Source: a virus
Taxonomy: Duplodnaviria; Caudoviricetes
IMG/VR virus record: IMGVR_UViG_3300033066_002365
Coordinates: 2,543-66,542 of that record
Length of the DNA stretch: 64,000 nt
Strand: one strand, 5' to 3'
Shown here: positions 27,424 to 37,462 of the stretch, one piece after another
How the letters are laid out: each line of letters starts with the position of its first letter
Numbering within the stretch: the stretch's first letter is position 1
The notes under the pieces: model-generated
What the model saw: the letters and a program-made list of their open reading frames with translations, nothing else
What the model was told of the DNA's origin: nothing
The model's database searches: none
Program-made: the position numbers and the translations under genes

Positions 27424-27876
27424 TCCTAGACCGTGTGTTCCGGGAGTGCCATCAATGTTTGGAGCCCCATAACCAAATCCAATAGAACTTGAGAAAGGTG
27501 GCAGAACTCCCGGAGCAGAACTGCCAGTTAAAACTGGCATTGAATTTCTTTCAATCATTGTTAATCCTGCAACTAATTCAAAATTACAACTAGCAGCACC
27601 AACAGAGAGAAGAAACAAATCTCTTATTCTTAATTGTTCTGTGAAAACTCCGCTTGGAGCGAGGGTGAATCTATCTCCGCCCTTTACGCCATTTTCAGTA
27701 AATCCAACAGCAAGATAAGCCGTTCCGGTATTTCTAACAGAAATGAATTTTGTTACATATGGAATTTGAATGTGGTATGGAACAGTAGATGACTGAACGA
27801 TTGAACTTGTGGCAAAAGGTAAGCCAGAAACTTGATATTCTGCTGCGTTACCTAGACCTGCTTTTGGTTGTTGCAT
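27421..27876 (-). CDS. Probable virion structural protein
   Basis: Gly/Ser beta-rich composition (YQVSGLPFATSS, ISVRNTG, LTGSS). Confidence 0.5.
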   Translation of the reverse strand: MQQPKAGLGNAAEYQVSGLPFATSSIVQSSTVPYHIQIPYVTKFISVRNTGTAYLAVGFTENGVKGGDRFTLAPSGVFTEQLRIRDLFLLSVGAASCNFELVAGLTMIERNSMPVLTGSSAPGVLPPFSSSIGFGYGAPNIDGTPGTHGLG

Positions 27877-27887
27877 TCACTTAGATA

Positions 27888-28250
27888 TCAGTAAGATGGT
27901 TTTTGTTCTAAAGCTGGATCGCTTCCGGTTACAGCAAAGTGATCTTGACTAATCCAAGCCACTTTTTTATAATGTTCCCAATAAACAGGAAACAACATAA
28001 CATAATCATTTCCTATGTTGTGGCCTTTTTCGTAACCCTTCAAACAACTTCTAACGGCTTTGCATGGATGTCCATCAATTTTACCAACTGAGCCGGGTTT
28101 TACTCCACCAATAAACTTTGGATCAACACAGCCATCAGCATTTACAACATACTGATTATTTTCCGAATGAACAGCAACAAAGTAAATTGGAATTGGTGTG
28201 GTTTGATCACCAAAAAATCCAGTAGAAGCTTTCACTACATCGCCTTGCAT
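27888..28250 (-). CDS. Hypothetical protein
   Basis: 120-aa ORF in the groEL operon. Confidence 0.6.
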   Translation of the reverse strand: MQGDVVKASTGFFGDQTTPIPIYFVAVHSENNQYVVNADGCVDPKFIGGVKPGSVGKIDGHPCKAVRSCLKGYEKGHNIGNDYVMLFPVYWEHYKKVAWISQDHFAVTGSDPALEQKPSY

Positions 28251-28253
28251 ATT

Positions 28254-28502
28254 TTAAACCTCTTCTTCTTTTGTTTCAACAGACAGTTTTCCTTCTTGTA
28301 ACACAAAAGATACCTTTAAACTCTTGTCTCCAACTGTTTTAATTTTATTCTTTTCAAGAGAAAGATCGGAAACAACAGAAATTTCTTCTTCCGCACATAA
28401 GTTTATCTTTTTTACTTGTTCTTTTAAAAAATCTTCAAATTTGTAACCTGTGAAGTGTCTTAGATCACTTTCAAGTTGAGGGTGCATTTTCAATATCATC
28501 AT
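28254..28502 (-). CDS. Hypothetical protein
   Basis: 82-aa ORF overlapping the groEL stop; no GroES motif. Confidence 0.55.
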   Translation of the reverse strand: MMILKMHPQLESDLRHFTGYKFEDFLKEQVKKINLCAEEEISVVSDLSLEKNKIKTVGDKSLKVSFVLQEGKLSVETKEEEV

Positions 28503-30178
28503 GATGTCTTATTTTCTCCTATGTCACTTACCACAATTGCATTACAAGACAACATCAAACTAACCACACTTGTTGCGTGTTCAATGGCAAATCTTGGAAC
28601 TTTAACAGGATCTATAATCCCGGCTTCAACTAAATTTTTATATTCATTTTTATGCGCATCATAACCAATTTTTTGATCGTTGAAAGAAAGAAGTTTGTCA
28701 AGAATAACTTCCCAGCTTTTGCCAGAATTTCTAACAATTGTTTTAATTGGTTCTTCGCAAGCATCCAGAACAATTTTAATTCCTGTCATTTCATCTTCAT
28801 CAAATTGTGATTCAAACTCTGTTTTAAGTTTTGCTCTTATATTTTTTGAAGCATAATATAGACCAGTACCACCACCAGAGATAACCCCTTCTTGAACCGC
28901 TGCCAAAGTTGCGTTCAGGGCATCTTCTACTCTATCCTTTTTTTCAAATATTTCAACTTCAGTTGCTCCACCAACTTTAATCACCGCAACACCGCCGCCA
29001 AGTTTTGCAAGTCTTTTCTTGAGATTGTGTCTGCGAAGGTCATCAAGTAAATTATCTTCTTTTAAAGCTGTTCTCATTTCAACTATTCTGTCATTTATTT
29101 TTGACTTTTGTTCTTCTGAGATTCCATCTGTTACAATGGTCATGGAATTTCTTGAAATGATTACTTTGGAACAAGTGCCAAGTTGTTCAAGATTAACATT
29201 TTCCAAATTTTGCCCGGAACTTGCATCAAAAACTGTTGAATTTGTCACTGTTGCCAAATCTTGTAAAATATTTGTTCTGTTTTCTCCGTAACTTGGAGCT
29301 TTTACAGCAACAACATTTAAAACTCCATTCATCTTGTTTACAATTAATGTATGTAAAGCTTCGCCTTCAATTTCATCTGCTACTATAACAAGACTTTTAT
29401 TGTTATTTGCAGTTTCTTCTAGAATTGGTAAAATTTCTGACAGTGTTGAAATTTTTTTGTTTGTTATTAAAAACAAAGGATTTTGTAGTTCTGCTGTATT
29501 TTTTTCATTGTTTGTAACGAAATATGGAGAACAGAAACCTGATTCAATTTGAATTCCTTCAACAATTTCCAAAGAAGTATTAAAACTCTTACCAACTTCA
29601 ATTGTAATAATTCCGTCCTGGCCAACTTTAGAAATTGCATCCGAAAGCAGAGAACCAATTTGCCTGTCTCCGTTTGCAGAAATTGTTCCAATTGAAATAA
29701 TGTCTTCAAGGTCCGTAACTGGTTTTGAAAACTTTTTCAATTCCTCCACAACAGCCTTGCAGCCAATTTCCATTCCATGTTTGATTTTAACTGGTTGATG
29801 ACCAGTTGTAAGCATTTTAAAACCTTTTTCCAAAAGTGCATAAGCAAGCACTGTGGCGGTTGTGGTTCCGTCACCGGCTTGTTCATTTGTGACAGCGGCA
29901 ACTTCTTTAATAAGTTCAACTCCAATGGACTGAACCGGATGGGAAGAATTAATTGCTTTTGCAACGGTAACACCATCTTTTGTAATAAATGGAGGATTTT
30001 TTGAACCTTTTTTACTTATAATTACTGTTTGTCCTGCTGGACCCATAGTAACTTTTACCGCTTCTGCCAAGATAGAAGCGCCACGTAAAATTTCTTCGTG
30101 AGCCTCCATTCCAAACATAACCCCGGTATTTTCAAAGGAAGAATTTAAATCTGCTGCCTTGTTATTTTTTTCGTTCAT
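28499..30178 (-). CDS. groEL: Chaperonin GroEL (Cpn60)
   Basis: TMGPAG, ITKDGVTVA, AGDGTTTATV, KAPSYG, KLGGGVAVIKVGGATE, RVEDALNAT, SGGG, IDPVKV. No GGM tail. Confidence 0.97.
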   Translation of the reverse strand: MNEKNNKAADLNSSFENTGVMFGMEAHEEILRGASILAEAVKVTMGPAGQTVIISKKGSKNPPFITKDGVTVAKAINSSHPVQSIGVELIKEVAAVTNEQAGDGTTTATVLAYALLEKGFKMLTTGHQPVKIKHGMEIGCKAVVEELKKFSKPVTDLEDIISIGTISANGDRQIGSLLSDAISKVGQDGIITIEVGKSFNTSLEIVEGIQIESGFCSPYFVTNNEKNTAELQNPLFLITNKKISTLSEILPILEETANNNKSLVIVADEIEGEALHTLIVNKMNGVLNVVAVKAPSYGENRTNILQDLATVTNSTVFDASSGQNLENVNLEQLGTCSKVIISRNSMTIVTDGISEEQKSKINDRIVEMRTALKEDNLLDDLRRHNLKKRLAKLGGGVAVIKVGGATEVEIFEKKDRVEDALNATLAAVQEGVISGGGTGLYYASKNIRAKLKTEFESQFDEDEMTGIKIVLDACEEPIKTIVRNSGKSWEVILDKLLSFNDQKIGYDAHKNEYKNLVEAGIIDPVKVPRFAIEHATSVVSLMLSCNAIVVSDIGENKTS

Positions 30179-30187
30179 TGTTTTTGA

Positions 30188-30724
30188 TCAATTATCGTTT
30201 GTTGTGACAGGAACTTCTTGTCCGTTAGGAAGTTTTACTACGATTCCAGTTTCTTCAGATGTTGTTTGATGTTGTTGACCATAATCATTTTCATCAAGAA
30301 ACAATCCATCCAAAGGATCAGGAGTTCTTCCCACATTTTCACTTTTTAGTTCATTTTGTATAAATTGTTCATTTGAATCCAACATCAAAGATGGCAAAGA
30401 CAAGTCTTTTCCATACCATTTCATGCTCCAGTCACTTGCTTTCTGAACTGACTGTGAAATGGTGGTTTCAAGTTTTTGTCTTAGATGCGCTTCAACTTCT
30501 TGAAGAGAAGAAAAAACATTATCAGACAATGAATCAAGATTCATTGTTGTTTTATTTTTATCTCCTCCAACTACAACAACATAAGAAACTTGAACACCTT
30601 CTTTGGTTCTTTTTACAGTTTCTTCTGTAACAAGAGCAGGGACAACAGCTTGTAGTTTCTTGTGGATAAAAAAAACTACCTGACCAATTTCTACGTTTTG
30701 TGGAATTGCATTAGTTTTGTTCAT
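30188..30724 (-). CDS. Hypothetical protein
   Basis: 178-aa ORF; N-terminal IGQVVFF beta-barrel-like segment. Confidence 0.6.
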   Translation of the reverse strand: MNKTNAIPQNVEIGQVVFFIHKKLQAVVPALVTEETVKRTKEGVQVSYVVVVGGDKNKTTMNLDSLSDNVFSSLQEVEAHLRQKLETTISQSVQKASDWSMKWYGKDLSLPSLMLDSNEQFIQNELKSENVGRTPDPLDGLFLDENDYGQQHQTTSEETGIVVKLPNGQEVPVTTNDN

Positions 30725-31119
30725 TGAACTCCTTGTAAGGTTTTAATGTATTGTTCTGTTAAGACAAGAAGTGTAATCCCAGATGTAGTGTGGTATGGAG
30801 TAAAATCTAAATTCTTCAAACCGTTTACAAGCTTTGTTTCCATGGAATGACCGGAAAATGATTTATAGATTTCAACAATCTTCATAATTGAACCTCCATA
30901 AAAGCACATTGTTATAATGTTTCCAATTGGAAGTCTTCTTTCGGTTGCTTCCTTAAGCATCACATCTGTTTCAACAAGAACACTTTCACCTTCTTGTTTT
31001 GAATAAATTGATAAACGCATATTTTGCAATGCGTTCAACAATCTTTTTTCTTGATCGTAACCACCCTCATTTGCAAAAATAAGAAGAAGTTTATCAATAA
31101 CGGTTGGGTGTAATTTCAT
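30721..31119 (-). CDS. Hypothetical protein with two related halves
   Basis: LLIFANEGGYDQEKRLLNALQNMRL and IVEIYKSFSGHSMETKLVNGLKNLDF are similar. Confidence 0.6.
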   Translation of the reverse strand: MKLHPTVIDKLLLIFANEGGYDQEKRLLNALQNMRLSIYSKQEGESVLVETDVMLKEATERRLPIGNIITMCFYGGSIMKIVEIYKSFSGHSMETKLVNGLKNLDFTPYHTTSGITLLVLTEQYIKTLQGVQ

Positions 31120-31604
31120 TATTTTGCTACCTTTCTTGATTCCTTTTTCTTGTCTCTTTTTTCTTGAGCTTTTTGAACTGTTTTTAGTTCTAAAATTCTT
31201 TCTGGTTGTGTTTTTTCAAGAACATCCCGAAGATCTTGTTCTTTTGCTTGAACTTTATCTAAAACGCTCTCGCCAGCTTTCTTTGCTTCTGATAAAGGTT
31301 TTAGCCCAAGTTCTGAACGAATTGTATCTGCGAGAGATGGGTCAACTCTTCCAAGTAAGAATTGCAAGTCAAAATACTGATGTGGAATCTGATCAACAAT
31401 TTCTAGTCTTTTTCCTCTCTCACCTATTTCAAACTCCCCAGTTCTTTTATATTCAAAAATATAAAGAAGTGCTGGCATTGCTTTGTCTTGTGGAACATCA
31501 ATATAAGGAATAGGGTTTGCTGGATAATTTGGTCCTGGTGGTGCTTCGTATAGAATTTCAGGAATAGTTTTCCAAATATATTCTTGTGGAATAGGTTTTG
31601 CCAT
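31119..31604 (-). CDS. Hypothetical protein
   Basis: 161-aa ORF, stop/start coupled. Confidence 0.65.
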   Translation of the reverse strand: MAKPIPQEYIWKTIPEILYEAPPGPNYPANPIPYIDVPQDKAMPALLYIFEYKRTGEFEIGERGKRLEIVDQIPHQYFDLQFLLGRVDPSLADTIRSELGLKPLSEAKKAGESVLDKVQAKEQDLRDVLEKTQPERILELKTVQKAQEKRDKKKESRKVAK

Positions 31605-31609
31605 TTGAA

Positions 31610-31897
31610 TTACAGTCCAATTCTTTCAAGAACTTCAACCATATTGTCAAACGAATCTTTGTGTTCAACCTTGGTTTTAATCTCAACAGACTTCATTGCA
31701 AATTTGAGAGTTTTTGTATCAAGTTTTGAAGAAAATTCAGCAACAAGAGCTTTTTCGTCTTCCTTAAGAAGCTCTTGCTCTTGCTTTACTTGATTGTATC
31801 TTTTAAGAAACTCTTCAACAATTGGCTGAAGTTCGGTGATGGAGGTTGGTTGTGAATTTGCTACATCTTCTGATGCTTGTTGTTTTTTTCTAGCCAT
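31610..31897 (-). CDS. T4 DsbA/GapR-like small dsDNA-binding protein
   Basis: IVEEFLKRYNQVKQEQELLKEDEKALVAEFSSKLDTKTLKFAMK follows the DsbA/GapR helical pattern (L..D.K....E....D.K). Confidence 0.55.
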   Translation of the reverse strand: MARKKQQASEDVANSQPTSITELQPIVEEFLKRYNQVKQEQELLKEDEKALVAEFSSKLDTKTLKFAMKSVEIKTKVEHKDSFDNMVEVLERIGL

Positions 31898-31941
31898 AAT
31901 ATCACAAGTTAAGTGATGCTATGCCAAGGTGTACAAATAAA

Positions 31942-32973
31942 CTATTTTGTTGTCAACAAAGCTTCAATTTTTTTAATTGTTGTTTCAATTTCACTAGATG
32001 CGTCTGGAACCAACTTTTTTAGTTCTTCAAGTTGTTTCAAGTAATGTTGAACATATTCTTTTTTAAAAACAGAAAGTAAATTTTGTTTGATTGGTTCAAC
32101 ATCTTTCAAAGTAATTTTCTTCTGTTGAAATGCTTGATTTAAGTTTGATTGAACCTTTTGTCCAACTGCGCCAAACTTTGTTGGAATATCATCAAAGCTG
32201 TTCAATTCCGAGAGAAAATCTGAAACTTGTTCGTAATAGGAATCAAGAACAGATTTTCTCACTATTTGTAATTGCTGGTTTAGTTCTGGGTTTTCTTGAA
32301 AAGCTTTCTTGACAGTTTCTTGATCTGGTTCTGGTTGATCAAAATCTTCAAACAATAATTTTTGCATGTTTGGCAACACCGACTCATGTTGACGGTGGTG
32401 ACTGTGAGTCCCGTCTGATTTACCAAACCCAATCAATTCAATGATTTCTTTTGTTAATTCTGGACTGTGTTGAACCAATTTTGCGCCAAGCATCAAACTT
32501 GGATCCATCATGAAAGCCATTCCCCAAAGATCGTGATCACTGAGATATTCCATGTTTCTTTTAAGAACTTCAGCGTATTCCCCTTTGATGGTTGCAAATT
32601 TGGCCTTCCTTCTTTTTACAGTTTCAGAATAATCTTCTTGTTTAAAGAACGGAACCATTGCTCTTGGTAAATTGTGCAAAACTTGTCTGACAAGTTGTTG
32701 AGCACCAGCAGTTAACATTTTTAATCCATACAAAGCTGTTTTAAAAATATCAGTAAAAGGAGTTACAAAAGTGTTCAATAAGTCGTTTCTATAATCGCCT
32801 CCACCCATACCTCCACCCATAGAATCATAATAGTCGTCATAAATTCCACTTGGGTATCCACCGCCTTCATCGCCACCATCATCTTCTTTCAAAAATAAGA
32901 AAGAAAGAAACTTCTCTTTCTTATTTGATTTTAACTGGATATTTTCTGACATGATCTTTCCATCTTTTTTCAT
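31942..32973 (-). CDS. Hypothetical protein with L-x-E motifs (possible head-internal protein)
   Basis: FLFLKEDD and KLLFEDF; Gly/Asp-rich segment. Confidence 0.6.
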   Translation of the reverse strand: MKKDGKIMSENIQLKSNKKEKFLSFLFLKEDDGGDEGGGYPSGIYDDYYDSMGGGMGGGDYRNDLLNTFVTPFTDIFKTALYGLKMLTAGAQQLVRQVLHNLPRAMVPFFKQEDYSETVKRRKAKFATIKGEYAEVLKRNMEYLSDHDLWGMAFMMDPSLMLGAKLVQHSPELTKEIIELIGFGKSDGTHSHHRQHESVLPNMQKLLFEDFDQPEPDQETVKKAFQENPELNQQLQIVRKSVLDSYYEQVSDFLSELNSFDDIPTKFGAVGQKVQSNLNQAFQQKKITLKDVEPIKQNLLSVFKKEYVQHYLKQLEELKKLVPDASSEIETTIKKIEALLTTK

Positions 32974-33319
32974 TTGCTTCTCTTACTGCCCAACCATGAC
33001 TTTTATGAGTCCACTCATCTGATCTGTGCAATCTTTCTTCATTTATATACAATGTTTTACCTGTTAAAGATTCAATGTATTTAATTACCAACAGATCATA
33101 GTCAGATATAAAAAGTTTCTTTGTTGATTTGTGTCTTTTTGAAAACTTTTTTCTCTCTTCATTTGAAATCATGTAAAATATAGCATTTTTAATTTCAAAC
33201 CAGTCATTTTGATTTGTCATTAAAGTTGTCAGAAGTTTTAGTTTTTCTTTCATGTAGTCAGAAAGTGGAAAAATGTTCTCTTCTTCCATTTCATCATTTT
33301 TCATTAATTTCTTGTTCAT
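32921..33319 (-). CDS. Hypothetical protein
   Basis: Start placed at ATG 33319 (MNKKLM); the longer ORF-track version overlaps the portal gene. Confidence 0.6.
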   Translation of the reverse strand: MNKKLMKNDEMEEENIFPLSDYMKEKLKLLTTLMTNQNDWFEIKNAIFYMISNEERKKFSKRHKSTKKLFISDYDLLVIKYIESLTGKTLYINEERLHRSDEWTHKSHGWAVREANEKRWKDHVRKYPVKIK

Positions 33320-33350
33320 AAATATAAATTTTGTATAACTTAATGGAAAA

Positions 33351-33356
33351 TAGTTA
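33351..33356 (+). promoter_or_regulatory. Candidate late-promoter core TANTTA upstream of the portal
   Basis: TAGTTA 6 nt before ATG 33363; the same motif recurs before many structural genes. Confidence 0.35.
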
Positions 33357-33362
33357 AAAGAA

Positions 33363-35462
33363 ATGCCTCCAACAACAACTTTCGGAAACAGACAAAGAAA
33401 AGAAACAAATTTCTTCAGTAGACTGGGAAGGATTTTTAGATCTGGTCCTGCCATTAGAAGATTGGTAAAAAATCAAGAATTTAGACCAGATCTCATTCAA
33501 CAACAAGCGCCCAACAACATCAATGGTTTTTTTGGTGGCAAGCAAAGCTATCAAACCATGGGAATGCTGGGTGCTTATGGAGTGTTGAACAGAGAGGTTC
33601 GTTACCAAGAATTTGCTGAAATGGAATACCAAAGCGAAATTTCAACCGCTCTGGATCTTTATGCTGACGAGGCTTGTTCCGGCGATCAAAATGGAAGATG
33701 TTTTCATATTTTCAGCGATAATCCAGACATTCAAAGAGCGTTAGAAGAATTATTTTATGATGTTTGTAACGTAGATTTTGAGTTGAGAAGATGGATAAGA
33801 AATCTTGTTAAATTTGGAGATACTCTACTTCACGTTGAAGTACAACCTGACTACGGTGTTACAGCAGTTCAAAACATCAAGGTAAATGAAATTGAAAGAG
33901 AAGAGAATTTTGATCCACAAGATCCTTACGCAGTTCGCTTCAAAATCATGTACGGAGCAGGAAACAAGTATCTTGAAAACTGGCAAGTAATTCATTTCAG
34001 AATTGTTTCAAACGACATTTTCCTTCCTTATGGAACCTCCTTCTTAGAAACGGCAAGAAAAGTCTGGAGACAACTTGTCATGATGGAAGACGCAATGTTG
34101 GTTTACCGCATTGTAAGAAGTCCAGAGAGAAGAGTGTTTTACATTGACACTACTGGAATTGACCCAAACACAATCCCAACCTATCTTGAACAAGTAAAGC
34201 AAGCAATGCGTTCAAGAGAGTCCGTGGATCGTATGACAGGAAGAATTGACGAAAGATTCAATCCACCAGATCCTTTAGAGGATTATTTTCTTCCAACTAA
34301 ATTAAATTCTCAAACAAAGATTGAGACCTTAGCTGGCGGTCAACACGTTTCTGCCGTAGAAGACGTTGAGTATTTTAACAAGAAACTTACAGCAGCACTT
34401 AAAGTGCCAAGAGCTTATCTGAATTATGAAGATGGACTTGGTTCAAAAGCAACTCTTTCACAAGAAGACATAAGGTTCTCAAGAACAATAACAAATCTTC
34501 AAAAAATTATTATTGCTGAGTTGAATCAACTTGCGGTTCTTCATTTGTTTGCAAAAGGTTTTGAAGGAGAAGATCTACAAGACTTTGAGTTGAAGCTTTC
34601 AAATCCTTCAACAACTGCCTTGATGCAAAAGCTTAATCTCTGGAGTCAAAAATTTGATCTGGCAGACAAGGCAAAAAGTACAGAACTTGTTTCTGAGGAA
34701 TGGATCAAGAAAGAAATTCTAGAACTAAGAGCAGACGTGATCATTAAGAACGATCTTCAAATAGAAAAAGAAGTTCTAAGAAAGAAAGTTCTAGAAGAAT
34801 TACAGCCACCAAAGAACTCATCTGGAAATTCTCAAATGGATTCATTTGTTGATCCATTTGATCCATCAAACTATCAAATCCCAGTTTCTCCAAAAACAGG
34901 TGGTGCAGGAAAAACAACTGTTGTTCCCCCCAACAACAATCAAACAACAACCACCAAACAAACAGACAACAGTTTGATGACTGGTTCATCTTCTACTGTT
35001 GGAAATTACAAAATTTTACCAATTTCTCCAAACACAAACGTAACCAAAAATTCTAACAAGAACAATGAACTGCCAAAATCTAAAAACGTTTTTGACGTAG
35101 ATGATTTTAATGACTTAATTTCAAACAATCAACAAAACAACAATCTTGACATTAAGTGGATGTTGTTTGGAAGCGAAAAACAAAACAACAAGGTTAAGTT
35201 TCAAGCAGAAAGTTTTGTTCATGAAGAGGTAAAAAGTGGAAATGGTTGGATTGAACACATTCCATTGCACCTGAGAAACAAGCTTATAAAAATGAAAGAA
35301 AGTTGGAAAAAAGTTAACAATGGAATGATAAAGGACTCTGTTGAAGTAAACAATAATGACTCAACAGAACTAATTTTGGAAGTTGACGATAGTGTAGAGC
35401 AGGAAACCAGTGAAGAATTGTTTGAGAGAAATTTGGCCAAAATCCTAGAAATGGATTTCTAA
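33363..35462 (+). CDS. Portal protein (T4 gp20-like) with long C-terminal extension
   Basis: EDAMLVYRIVRSPERRVFYID, EDYFLP, TKIETLAGGQ, LKVPRAYL, EDIRFSR. Confidence 0.93.
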   Translation: MPPTTTFGNRQRKETNFFSRLGRIFRSGPAIRRLVKNQEFRPDLIQQQAPNNINGFFGGKQSYQTMGMLGAYGVLNREVRYQEFAEMEYQSEISTALDLYADEACSGDQNGRCFHIFSDNPDIQRALEELFYDVCNVDFELRRWIRNLVKFGDTLLHVEVQPDYGVTAVQNIKVNEIEREENFDPQDPYAVRFKIMYGAGNKYLENWQVIHFRIVSNDIFLPYGTSFLETARKVWRQLVMMEDAMLVYRIVRSPERRVFYIDTTGIDPNTIPTYLEQVKQAMRSRESVDRMTGRIDERFNPPDPLEDYFLPTKLNSQTKIETLAGGQHVSAVEDVEYFNKKLTAALKVPRAYLNYEDGLGSKATLSQEDIRFSRTITNLQKIIIAELNQLAVLHLFAKGFEGEDLQDFELKLSNPSTTALMQKLNLWSQKFDLADKAKSTELVSEEWIKKEILELRADVIIKNDLQIEKEVLRKKVLEELQPPKNSSGNSQMDSFVDPFDPSNYQIPVSPKTGGAGKTTVVPPNNNQTTTTKQTDNSLMTGSSSTVGNYKILPISPNTNVTKNSNKNNELPKSKNVFDVDDFNDLISNNQQNNNLDIKWMLFGSEKQNNKVKFQAESFVHEEVKSGNGWIEHIPLHLRNKLIKMKESWKKVNNGMIKDSVEVNNNDSTELILEVDDSVEQETSEELFERNLAKILEMDF

Positions 35463-35496
35463 CCAAAACAAAACATATTTAAAACCATATTAACAA

Positions 35497-36411
35497 ATGA
35501 TTAAAAAAGAACTAAACCCAGCAGTTCTGTACAAAGTTTCAATTCAAATCTTGGCAGATCTCTTGGTTGAAAAAAAACAAGAACAATATTCACAACTAAA
35601 CAAAGTTGTCAAAGAAAGCTTTTCTCTGAACAACAATTTTGGTAAAGTGGCAAGAATGATTAAAAACGTAGAAGTTATGAAGAGTTCTGCCTTGCTTGAA
35701 AACTACAAGAATAACTTAATCAATCAATCACTTCTTGACCAAACGGTTTTAAATGAAAATGCCTTAAAAAATGGAGCGATCAGCTTCCTTAAAAAAGTTG
35801 ATCCAAAAGTGGTTAAAAGGTTCGGAACTAGCATTGCCTCTCATGACTCCTCTCTTGAAGATACTGCTTTAAACTTGTTTTTTGTTTGGGGAAAGTTTAA
35901 AAACTCAACTCTAACAGAAGCAACATCCGAGTGTCGGAGCCTAGAGAAAAAACTGCAAATTATTTTAGAAAACTGCACAAATAAAGAAACTCCCGACAAC
36001 AAAGAGATGTTGGTAAACTCTCTGAAAAAAGATCTTGTTGAAAACAAAAGCAACAAAGTTGTGACATTGATGCTTGAAAAAAAACTTAAAGAAAAGTATC
36101 ACAACAAACTAAACAACGAACAGAAAACAATTCTTGATTACTTTTGCGAAAACAAACAAGATCACTTAACAAAACATCTTGATTCGCTTAGAGAAAACAC
36201 TCTTGATCTTATCAACAAAAATGAAAAGTTTTTCGTTGCTGACAAAGAAGTGTTTCAAAAGCTTCAAGACCTGAAGTCAAAACTGTTGGATCCACAGAGT
36301 TTTCTCACAGAGTCAAACATACTTCCATTCTATCTTGTTATCTCAAAACTCAAAGAAGAATTTGAAAACGAACAACAAGAAACACTAGAAGAAAATAAAG
36401 ATAGTATTTAA
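35497..36411 (+). CDS. Head morphogenesis-region protein (possible core protein)
   Basis: Lies between portal and protease; many L-x-E motifs (LLEN, VLNE, LTEA, FLTES). Confidence 0.6.
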   Translation: MIKKELNPAVLYKVSIQILADLLVEKKQEQYSQLNKVVKESFSLNNNFGKVARMIKNVEVMKSSALLENYKNNLINQSLLDQTVLNENALKNGAISFLKKVDPKVVKRFGTSIASHDSSLEDTALNLFFVWGKFKNSTLTEATSECRSLEKKLQIILENCTNKETPDNKEMLVNSLKKDLVENKSNKVVTLMLEKKLKEKYHNKLNNEQKTILDYFCENKQDHLTKHLDSLRENTLDLINKNEKFFVADKEVFQKLQDLKSKLLDPQSFLTESNILPFYLVISKLKEEFENEQQETLEENKDSI

Positions 36412-36432
36412 CAACAAGTAAGAAGACCACAA

Positions 36433-37026
36433 ATGACACTGTTGTTAAAAGAATACAAAGCCTTTGAGTATGATCCAGAAAAGACAGTCATAGAAAATGA
36501 CTCTATGATTGTAACTGGAATTTTACAAAGAGCAGATGCAGAGAACCAAAACGGAAGAGTTTATCCTTATGAAATTTTGGTTAAAGAAATTGAGAACTAC
36601 AAAAAATTAATCAAAGAGAAACGTGCTTTTGGCGAAGTAGACCACGATGACTCGCCAATTGTTAACGTTAAAAATGCTTCTCATAGAATCATTGATATAT
36701 GGATGGAAGATAAAACTGTCTATGGAAAAGTTCTTGTAATGCCACACCCTACTTCTGGAGGGATTATACAAACAATTATCAAAACTGGTGGAGTTCCTGG
36801 TATTTCCTCAAGAGCTCTTGGAAGTGTAGAAAAAAGAAATGGTGTGAACGTTGTTCAAGATGACCTTCAGATCATCTGTTGGGACTTTGTTTCTGAACCA
36901 TCTACACACGGAGCCTTTATGAAATTAAGTGAAGCAAAGGAAGTAGATCCTAAACTTGTAAGAAAAGTATTCACAAAGTCAGACAGAGTGAATCGTATTT
37001 TGAATGAAATAACAGGAATACTATGA
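36433..37026 (+). CDS. Prohead core protease (T4 gp21-like)
   Basis: GILQRAD..NQNGRVYP, FGEVDH, NASHRI, GISSRALGS, DFVSEPS. Confidence 0.93.
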   Translation: MTLLLKEYKAFEYDPEKTVIENDSMIVTGILQRADAENQNGRVYPYEILVKEIENYKKLIKEKRAFGEVDHDDSPIVNVKNASHRIIDIWMEDKTVYGKVLVMPHPTSGGIIQTIIKTGGVPGISSRALGSVEKRNGVNVVQDDLQIICWDFVSEPSTHGAFMKLSEAKEVDPKLVRKVFTKSDRVNRILNEITGIL

Positions 37027-37415
37027 AAACAACAAAACAAGAATTAAAGTCAATTATTAAGGAATGCATAAAAGAAGTTCTCAAGGAAGAAAGAGTTGTT
37101 GAAGCTTTGTCGGAAGCTGTTGTGAAGAAGGTTGGTAGAACAGTCCAACAATCAAAAACACAACCACAACCATCTGTTGCATTAAATGAGCAAGTTGAGT
37201 CAAAGGTAAGACAAATTTCTCAACAGGTTGGTGGAAAAAATTCTGGAGCTATTGAAAAACTTCTCAGAGATACCTTGATGGAAAAAATGTCTGGAGAAGA
37301 TAATGAAGATTCTTTGCTAGAAAATGCGCTCCAAGAAAATGTTAGCTCATCAAACAACCGTTGGGCAGAACTTGCTTTTAACACGCAAGCCAGAATGTTG
37401 CCCGATTTAACATAA
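37023..37415 (+). CDS. Prohead core-like protein
   Basis: N-terminal KQELKSIIKECIKEVLKEE; ALNE and LLEN motifs. Confidence 0.6.
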   Translation: MKTTKQELKSIIKECIKEVLKEERVVEALSEAVVKKVGRTVQQSKTQPQPSVALNEQVESKVRQISQQVGGKNSGAIEKLLRDTLMEKMSGEDNEDSLLENALQENVSSSNNRWAELAFNTQARMLPDLT

Positions 37416-37462
37416 ATCAAATTTCTTCTGCTATTTAACATTTAAGAATAGCAGAAGAATAA

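Noticed and set aside
28254-28502. GroES candidate next to groEL
   Set aside because: The size is right, but it has none of the GroES motifs (PLxDRV, mobile-loop GGI, GxVxAVG).
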